Source: a virus
UHGV virus genome: UHGV-1394528
Strand: one strand, 5' to 3'
Length of the DNA: 32,702 bases
Part shown: one piece after another, positions 26,741 to 32,702 of the stretch
How the letters are laid out: each line of letters opens with the position of its first letter
Numbering within the stretch: position 1 is the first letter of the stretch
Made by a program: the position numbers and the translations under genes
The notes under the pieces: model-generated
What the model was told of the DNA's origin: nothing
Database searches by the model: none
Seen by the model: only the letters and a program-made list of their open reading frames with translations

Positions 26741-27157
26741 TCACCGGGAGCAAAAAGAGTAAGCAGACCCCCAAAGGTCTGCGTGCAGTAAACTATTGTA
26801 GTCCCCATAAGTCACGTCGAACTCTCGCCAGTTAGTATCGTACTCAGGACTAGCCAATAACTCATCCTTTGTGAAGCATCTCCCTTCCTGAATCTGTGCT
26901 AAGTGTATGGCCCGGTGAGTGTCAGCGCTAACCAGTATCAGGTTATTGAAGTCACAGTTAAGGCGGTTACTGTCACAGTGATGTACGTGATAGCCAGAAC
27001 CGTAGCTAGTGATTCCCAGAGCATCCATAACCACGGCCCTATGCAGCGCCACAGTCTTATAGTCTCTCTTACCTCGCTTATTCACATACTCAGGCCCAGC
27101 ACCATTAATCACTGGATAACCTTCCTTATCAACCACAATCTTAAATGTTCTAGCCAC
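26741..27157 (-). CDS. HNH endonuclease
   Basis: HVHHCDSNRLNCDFNNLILVSADTHRAIH (H-N-H core); GTG start with SD AAGGAG. Confidence 0.7.
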   Translation of the reverse strand: MARTFKIVVDKEGYPVINGAGPEYVNKRGKRDYKTVALHRAVVMDALGITSYGSGYHVHHCDSNRLNCDFNNLILVSADTHRAIHLAQIQEGRCFTKDELLASPEYDTNWREFDVTYGDYNSLLHADLWGSAYSFCSR

Positions 27158-27399
27158 AACAATATCTCCTTACATAGTGATTAGTAGCGTAACCATAGCG
27201 ACGATATCCCGGAGGGATAGGAGCGGAGGTTACAAGATTCTAGGTAATGCTTCCCTCCCTACGGTCAGTCATACAGGGCATTACTAGGGGATACTAGTGA
27301 CTACTAGTGAGTAGTAGTAAGTAGTGTGTATATAGTGCCCTAAAACCCTCCTACTCCTGTAACATCATTTCATGACAGCTTTCGAATGAAAGTAAGAGC

Positions 27400-27830
27400 A
27401 AAGGGATAGCAAAGAGATAGCGCCGGGATAGTGTTGGGTGAGGATGTGCGCCCTAGTGGGGAGCGCGCAGCGTAGCATATAATCGGCACAATGTAAAGCA
27501 CTAGGGATAGCCAGTGGATAGCCTAGTGCATACTAGGGATAGCACCGTGACGCACTACAGCGCACTAGGCAGGCCCACTATGGCCCCACAATGCAGGCAC
27601 TAGGCGGGCCCACTATGGACGCGCAAAATAAGCAAGGCAGAGCGCACCCCTACGGCCCACAGGGAGCGCACAGGGATAGCCCCTAGTGCCCCGTAGAGCG
27701 CACAGGAGCCACTCAGTGCCACGCACAGGCCAAGCCGTGGGGCAGCACTAGCGATAGCCCCAGCGCAGCGCAGGGAGCCACTGAGGCCCTCTGAGGCTTC
27801 CGCTATAGCCACGGTCTTAGCTGCCGTGGC
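27400..27830. repeat. repeat-dense CTAG-rich non-coding region (iteron-like GGGATAGC copies, 24-bp tandem repeat, short palindromes)
   Basis: At least 7 copies of (G)GGATAGC-like octamers (27403, 27414, 27425, 27504, 27516, 27536, 27673, 27751); direct repeat gcactaggcRggcccactatggMc at 27562-27585 and 27597-27620; GAGCGCAC x3. Confidence 0.6.
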
Positions 27831-27979
27831 GCTCCACACCTCAGAGAGCGCCCTAGGGCCGTCTAGACGTCTAGGCACCCACCCCACCCCTCCTTTTATG
27901 CGCTAGGCACCCCCTATGGGGGCAATTGGCGTCGTTGAGGGTGAGGGAGGCTCAAGGGCGAGTATAATAATTTTTGGTT

Positions 27980-28441
27980 TCAGATATACACCTGCCCCGG
28001 GGTGAAGGCCTTGTGTTGCTCTTGACGTTTCTCTAGTACCCACTTGCAGATAACTTCGTAGGAGCTGTGCTTCTTCATGTAACGCTTACCGTCCTTCCAG
28101 AACTCCCCGCGCCAGCAGGTGCCAGTGTAGTATACACCCCTAGGATGTTCCCGCTTAGACCTGCGTGCGTTACAGTTGTTTTCGCTAACCGTAGCTAAGC
28201 GCAGGTTCTCTAATCTGTTGTCACCGGGGTTTTGGTTGATGTGGTCCACCACATATCCGTCTGGAATAGGCCCGTTGTGTAGTTCCCAGATGAGGCGGTG
28301 TGCCTGTATCTTTCTACCAGATACCTGTACCACCCAGTAGCCACGAGTGTTGCGGGTACCCGCTGGAGCACCGGCGCGCCTACCCTTGAGCCACACCAAG
28401 CAGCTAGGGGATGTTGTGTCATATTTGATGTTCATAGACAT
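27980..28441 (-). CDS. HNH homing endonuclease (HNH_3/AP2-like)
   Basis: AHRLIWELHNGPIPDGYVVDHINQNPGDNRLENLRLA; paralog of the HNH at 2699-3175. Confidence 0.8.
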   Translation of the reverse strand: MSMNIKYDTTSPSCLVWLKGRRAGAPAGTRNTRGYWVVQVSGRKIQAHRLIWELHNGPIPDGYVVDHINQNPGDNRLENLRLATVSENNCNARRSKREHPRGVYYTGTCWRGEFWKDGKRYMKKHSSYEVICKWVLEKRQEQHKAFTPGQVYI

Positions 28442-28536
28442 ATCCTCATTTTAAAGTCTAATAAATTTCAGGTCCAGGTATAGACGTGCACCCCAGCAGT
28501 GCCCCGGGATACCGTAGAGATACCCCAGGGAGCTAC

Positions 28537-30492
28537 TTAGAGATACACCTCCCATGCTACCTGGGATACGTCCGCTGCGTTACTGCTCCTAATCACGAAG
28601 CTGTTTAGGTCCGGATTAGGTGTAGGCACATCCTGGTTCTGAGCTACGCCAGTAACCGTCAAGGCCCCAGCACTAGAAGGAAAGGTCAACCGCGTCAACT
28701 TAACCTCAGACACCCACTTGAAGGAGTTAGCTACGCTGCCAAAGTTTCCGCGTACACGGGCGTTGACTGTAGCCTCACCAGCCACCAGCGTTGCCACTCC
28801 ACGGATACCTGTGTCATCCAGTAAGTTCCTGGACATGCGCGGAGGCGTAGGTTGAACGGTGTAGCCGCTCAGCAATGCCCAGAACAAGCCGTGACCGGTC
28901 ATGTCGTTATTGGACATAGATACCAGGGTAGGGTCAATGCCCATAGTCCCGTGGAAGTACACAGCTCTCCCGGTACCGTCGTAGCGCATGCTCACGCCAT
29001 CAATCTCCAGGGATGTCTGCGCTGTCTCAGCTACGTCCTTAGTGACGAAGATGTGAGAGCTGGAGTTGCGGGTGTACCGACCACCCTTAACACGGCCCCC
29101 GTTGATTCGCACACCATTCTGGCTACCGTGAGCCTCGCAGTCATAAACGTAGCCACCGCCGTACGAGCAGTTAAAGCCAGAGCGTACGTTGTCATAAGCT
29201 AGGCACTCCCTATAGATAGGGAAGGCTACACCGGTGTTGGAGGCGAACCCGTCCATAGCTGCACGGTAAGCTCGACAGTTCAAGTACTCCACCCCGTTAG
29301 TGCGCGCTTGGAACCCATCGTCAGCACTGTCGTACGAAACGCAGCGAACGAACTTCACACGCTTACCAATGTCATGAGTATCAAACCCAGCTTGGGTTGT
29401 GCTGTAGGCTTCGCAGTTAACGCCTAAGAACTCGATAGGCTCCCCCCATTTGTCCCCGTCTGCAGTGCTCTGCCAGTTCAGAGAGATTGCGTGGCGTACG
29501 TCCATGGCGTGGATATCGTGTACTTCCGTGTCCTCTGAGCAGCCGAGCACCTCTACCCCGTACCATCCGATGTTGTAGAAGCACGTACCCTTAACGGTAC
29601 TATCTACGCAGTTATTGAACTTGATAGCACTACGCCCTTCTATATCAGAAGCCCCGGGGCGTTTGTTGCCAATAATAACCCCGTCCTGGATGTGCAAGTC
29701 CGCGGCAAAGTTGGCAGAGATACCGATAGTAAAGAACCGGTTCAAATCGTCGTAGCCGAACTCGTTGATGTACGGGGATACTAAGGTTACGTTCTCCACC
29801 ATTGTCGGGATACCTACTTCCGCGGCATCAGACAGGTAGTAGTTATAGTGCAGCGCTTTATCCAGCCGAATACTGGTGACGCCACCGGAGGTGCTAACCC
29901 CCACCACTTTCCTAATCTGGGAAATCTTTACACCGTAGGTGTTAGGACCACCATCACACAGCTTGTTAGAGCGAAGATACAAGTACGTACCTTTTACCGC
30001 AGACAAAGCCCCGGCAGCCACCGTAATGACTTTGCTGCCCGCTGTGGCATCCGCCGCTAACGGGACGAATGCCGAGGGTGCCGAGCCGATAATGTTAAGC
30101 ACTTGACGTGCAACCGAGGCATCCGGCAGGATTCTTCCGGTATCAGTAAACTCCAGCGTAGAGTTGCTTTTGATGTTGAGCACACTCGTGGCCTGCAGGA
30201 CTGTGTCCACAACCAGGTGCCTATTAGGTGCGCTCATGAACGTTACTATGCCCGCCCAATTGCTGAACCAGGAGCTGTATGCCGGACCCACGAATTTACG
30301 GAGTAGATACCCACCAGGTACAGCAAACACAGTTCCGTTATCCACTACCGACGCGGCAGTAGTAAAGGTGAAGTCCCCACCGGCGCTGCCCAGCAGGATA
30401 ATCTTGTCCTGTACCTGAAAGTTTGGATATGCTACCATGCTCGCCAAGTCGGAGAATACCCGCTCTGGAGCTACTAATCTAATTAACGCCAT
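28537..30492 (-). CDS. tailspike protein, probable polysaccharide depolymerase with beta-helix
   Basis: 651 aa; Gly/Asn/Ser/Thr-rich with periodic hydrophobic residues and scattered Cys/aromatics typical of parallel beta-helix depolymerases; ATG follows endolysin stop directly. Confidence 0.7.
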   Translation of the reverse strand: MALIRLVAPERVFSDLASMVAYPNFQVQDKIILLGSAGGDFTFTTAASVVDNGTVFAVPGGYLLRKFVGPAYSSWFSNWAGIVTFMSAPNRHLVVDTVLQATSVLNIKSNSTLEFTDTGRILPDASVARQVLNIIGSAPSAFVPLAADATAGSKVITVAAGALSAVKGTYLYLRSNKLCDGGPNTYGVKISQIRKVVGVSTSGGVTSIRLDKALHYNYYLSDAAEVGIPTMVENVTLVSPYINEFGYDDLNRFFTIGISANFAADLHIQDGVIIGNKRPGASDIEGRSAIKFNNCVDSTVKGTCFYNIGWYGVEVLGCSEDTEVHDIHAMDVRHAISLNWQSTADGDKWGEPIEFLGVNCEAYSTTQAGFDTHDIGKRVKFVRCVSYDSADDGFQARTNGVEYLNCRAYRAAMDGFASNTGVAFPIYRECLAYDNVRSGFNCSYGGGYVYDCEAHGSQNGVRINGGRVKGGRYTRNSSSHIFVTKDVAETAQTSLEIDGVSMRYDGTGRAVYFHGTMGIDPTLVSMSNNDMTGHGLFWALLSGYTVQPTPPRMSRNLLDDTGIRGVATLVAGEATVNARVRGNFGSVANSFKWVSEVKLTRLTFPSSAGALTVTGVAQNQDVPTPNPDLNSFVIRSSNAADVSQVAWEVYL

Positions 30493-31101
30493 TTATCCTC
30501 CGGTCTTAGTAAGAGCTGCCACTGCAGCATTTACATTCTTATACTGATTCCCAATGGCCTTGCTCTGCCACTGTCTGCGCTCCCATAGGCCCCAGCACAC
30601 TTTATTGCGCTGCCCGTTAATATACTGAGAGCAGTCGAAGGTCCAGCGGTTGCTGCCCTTGTACACCCAACCGATGCCCGGGGATTTCTGCTGATACTTG
30701 CTAATATAGCGCCAGTCCAGTACGGCCTTTCCAGCTTCTGCGTAATTCAGGCTTTTGAGGTGCCGCTTCACAGCACTGCCGTTGAAGCCAGCTACGCCTA
30801 CGTTATAAATGAAGTCTACAGACCCAACCAGAGCTACGTCAGAGAGCTGCATAGGAAGCCCGTCAAGAGCCTTTGCATGTGCCCCTGCTGATTCTATCAG
30901 TTGCTTCTGACAATCGCTCAGCGTGGCTCTCTGGCCCATCTTGACGCCCTTTGTCTCCCCGTAGCAGATTGTAGGGACACCGGCACTATCCTTATAGGCG
31001 GTAAGGCTCAATCCCTCGTTGTGCTGAACCACCCCGGTAATAGCACCACCCAGCATAGTGGCCCCCGTGAGGGCCGCAATAACCTTAGTCCTTAAACTCA
31101 T
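30493..31101 (-). CDS. SAR endolysin (lysozyme-like muramidase with N-terminal signal-arrest-release domain)
   Basis: N-terminal Gly/Ala-rich weakly hydrophobic segment KVIAALTGATMLGGAITGVV, then E...D...T pattern HNEGLSLTAYKDSAGVPTICYGETKG as in phage P21 lysozyme. Confidence 0.8.
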   Translation of the reverse strand: MSLRTKVIAALTGATMLGGAITGVVQHNEGLSLTAYKDSAGVPTICYGETKGVKMGQRATLSDCQKQLIESAGAHAKALDGLPMQLSDVALVGSVDFIYNVGVAGFNGSAVKRHLKSLNYAEAGKAVLDWRYISKYQQKSPGIGWVYKGSNRWTFDCSQYINGQRNKVCWGLWERRQWQSKAIGNQYKNVNAAVAALTKTGG

Positions 31102-31336
31102 ATTTAATAGTCCCCTTACGCGCCTGCTCTTCTAGGAGCTTGAATGTACGTCGCTTGTAATACGCATTCCACGCCAGGGTTAGCACTGCGCACACAGTCG
31201 CAGTGATGAAGCTGATAGTGCTCCAGTTCCAGCTCATTAACTCTGCCAACCAACCTCCTGATACCGTAGCGCCGGTAACTGCTGCACCTGCCCGGGTAGC
31301 GAGGTCTGCTCCAACCATGTCTCCCACCTTAATCAT
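31085..31336 (-). CDS. holin (pinholin-like)
   Basis: 83 aa; weakly hydrophobic Gly/Ala-rich TMD1 (AGAAVTGATVSGGWLAELM), hydrophobic TMD2 (TISFITATVCAVLTLAW), charged C-terminus; two in-frame Mets (M1, M7). Confidence 0.6.
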   Translation of the reverse strand: MIKVGDMVGADLATRAGAAVTGATVSGGWLAELMSWNWSTISFITATVCAVLTLAWNAYYKRRTFKLLEEQARKGTIKYEFKD

Positions 31337-31733
31337 CCTGCTGCCCCTTCTTCCTGAACAGCTTACGAATCACCAGAATGACCACTAGGAAGACCAGAGG
31401 AATACTGGCCCCAGCTAATCCGGCGAGGATAAGACTGTAACTATCATTGTTAACCACCTGCAGGCGTTCTGCCTGGATTGTCCCGGTGCTAATAGTTTGC
31501 ACCTGCTTCTTACTGGACGTGTCCAAAGTGCCTACGTTAGAATCCTGTACATCAGTTTTGTTGGTGGTGCTGGAGTCCACCTTGTTATTCAAGCCAACGG
31601 TTTGTTTGGTGTTCTCGGCACCAACCTGAGCAGATACATCCGGCTTAGAACCAACTAATCCGGTGAGTGCAGAGGTCGCCGAGCAACCAGTCAGAGTAAC
31701 CGCGAGCAGCAACCCAGCGACCAGTTTACGCAT
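31329..31733 (-). CDS. lipoprotein with C-terminal transmembrane anchor (unimolecular-spanin-like)
   Basis: Signal peptide plus lipobox MRKLVAGLLLAVTLTGC; polar S/T/Q/N-rich middle; C-terminal TMD LILAGLAGASIPLVFLVVILVI followed by RKLFRKKGQQDD. Confidence 0.55.
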   Translation of the reverse strand: MRKLVAGLLLAVTLTGCSATSALTGLVGSKPDVSAQVGAENTKQTVGLNNKVDSSTTNKTDVQDSNVGTLDTSSKKQVQTISTGTIQAERLQVVNNDSYSLILAGLAGASIPLVFLVVILVIRKLFRKKGQQDD

Positions 31734-31915
31734 TAGCTAGCAGCCTTCACTGCGGCCACCGCGGCTTCAAGCGCAGCAATCTTGGTATCGAAGGCAGCAC
31801 CAGTCTGGGCCACGTTCTGCGGCTGCGTAAGGATAGCATACAGGTCCTTACCGAGAATGTTCAGCTGACGCAACAGCTCCTGCTGTTGCGCTGAGGTTGC
31901 TTTTGCAATTGCCAT
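31733..31915 (-). CDS. hypothetical protein, 60 aa
   Basis: Track ORF, Ala/Gln-rich, overlaps downstream start by 1 nt. Confidence 0.4.
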   Translation of the reverse strand: MAIAKATSAQQQELLRQLNILGKDLYAILTQPQNVAQTGAAFDTKIAALEAAVAAVKAAS

Positions 31916-31926
31916 GTGTACTCTCC

Positions 31927-32301
31927 TTATTCTGCCGCATCAGTGGCGGCTACGAATGCACTCTGCAGTGCAGTGAACGAATCATCAAACGCTGTACCGG
32001 AGCCCTCACCGAGCGGCATACCTGTACCTGTAAGGGCAACGTAGCCGGTCTTAGAGAGCTGTGACAGCATGCTGAACAGGCGCGCCTGCAGCGTACCGTC
32101 ATCCTTAAAGGCTGTACCGGCACGGGTAGCCGTATAGCCCTGGGACTGCATGTACGTGAAGAACGCGTTCAGCTTAGTCAGGGCAGTCGTACCTACGAAG
32201 CCTACGTTGTAGTCCGGCTGCACCTGCTTCTCCAGGTTCTGGCACGTGCCTACAATGGCGTACTGGACGTCCGCAGTTTTAGCTGCGATGATTGATGCCA
32301 T
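31927..32301 (-). CDS. hypothetical protein, 124 aa
   Basis: Track ORF immediately after terminase large subunit stop. Confidence 0.5.
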   Translation of the reverse strand: MASIIAAKTADVQYAIVGTCQNLEKQVQPDYNVGFVGTTALTKLNAFFTYMQSQGYTATRAGTAFKDDGTLQARLFSMLSQLSKTGYVALTGTGMPLGEGSGTAFDDSFTALQSAFVAATDAAE

Positions 32302-32702
32302 TATCTTCTTCCTCTATGTTGTTTACCTCTGCCCCGGTTATGTAGCCGAGCAGCTACACCACGAAGGCCCTTAGACACTTTGCTCTGTGCCCAATCCAGT
32401 GGGTTCTCAATGAAGGCCCGAGCCATCTTCTCAGACTCACGTTCAGCCACCACTTTCTCATCTTCCACCAGATGCCCATTCAGCGTAGCCACCATCATGG
32501 CGATTGCGTCTGCCCGGTCATCCTTCGCAAGGCTACCGCGGTCGTACGTGATACCGGACAACTGCGCGAACGCAGAGTACAGCCAACGCCTATCGCGGGA
32601 ATATGCCATACAGGTACTGATATCGTCGTGAATAGCACGCTCATGCACTACCAGGCGATGGCGACGAGTAACTGGGCTGATTGTGTCGATGATACGACGC
32701 TC
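32301..32702 (-). CDS. terminase large subunit (T7 gp19-like), 3' part; continues beyond window end
   Basis: Frame open to window end; RIIDTISPVTRRHRLVV and YDRGSLAKDDRADAIAMMVA match T7 gp19 C-terminal nuclease-domain blocks (RIIDTLEPVMGRHKLII; ERGSLKHDDRLDALA). Confidence 0.85.
   Translation of the reverse strand, partial: ERRIIDTISPVTRRHRLVVHERAIHDDISTCMAYSRDRRWLYSAFAQLSGITYDRGSLAKDDRADAIAMMVATLNGHLVEDEKVVAERESEKMARAFIENPLDWAQSKVSKGLRGVAARLHNRGRGKQHRGRR

Noticed and set aside
27400-27830. Possible CRISPR array
   Set aside because: Repeats are short (8-24 bp), irregularly spaced and in mixed contexts, without uniform repeat-spacer periodicity; no cas genes.
27600-27887. 95-aa minus-strand ORF inside the repeat region
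   Set aside because: Ala/Gly/Leu/Ser-rich low-complexity translation of GC-rich repeats; no RBS; region better explained as non-coding terminal/regulatory DNA.
1-32702. Prophage or temperate lifestyle, tRNA genes
   Set aside because: No integrase, repressor, attachment-site-like or cloverleaf-forming sequence recognised; gene content is that of a strictly lytic T7-like phage. tRNA absence cannot be fully excluded without a dedicated search.

Overview
This window is an almost gene-saturated stretch of a T7-supergroup podophage genome (Autographiviridae-like), with every credible gene on the minus strand. Plus-strand ORFs in the track are antisense shadows. Gene order matches the phiKMV/KP34 type: the single-subunit RNA polymerase sits at the end of the DNA-metabolism block, directly before the structural genes, and lysis uses a SAR endolysin with a pinholin. 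In transcription order (high to low coordinates) the window holds: terminase large subunit 3' end (runs off the window end), two small ORFs, a lysis cassette (lipoprotein with C-terminal TMD, pinholin, SAR endolysin), a beta-helix tailspike, an HNH gene, a ~0.8 kb CTAG-rich repeat-dense non-coding region (27160-27980), a second HNH gene, a ~0.85 kb leader with two tandem sigma70-like promoters, small early ORFs, a large protein of unknown function coupled to an M28/M20-like metallohydrolase, primase, HNH, DnaB-like helicase, family A DNA polymerase, HNH, metallophosphoesterase, FEN-like exonuclease, endonuclease VII, DUF3310-like protein, RNA polymerase, portal, scaffold, HNH, major capsid, a strong intrinsic terminator, tail tubular protein A and the 5' part of tail tubular protein B (runs off the window start). 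The late-to-early junction suggests the window comes from a circularised or concatemer-like assembly spanning the packaged genome ends; this is inference. Five free-standing HNH endonuclease genes of three families are present. No tRNA, CRISPR array or integrase was recognised. All assignments rest on motifs read by eye and on gene order; no database search was run.
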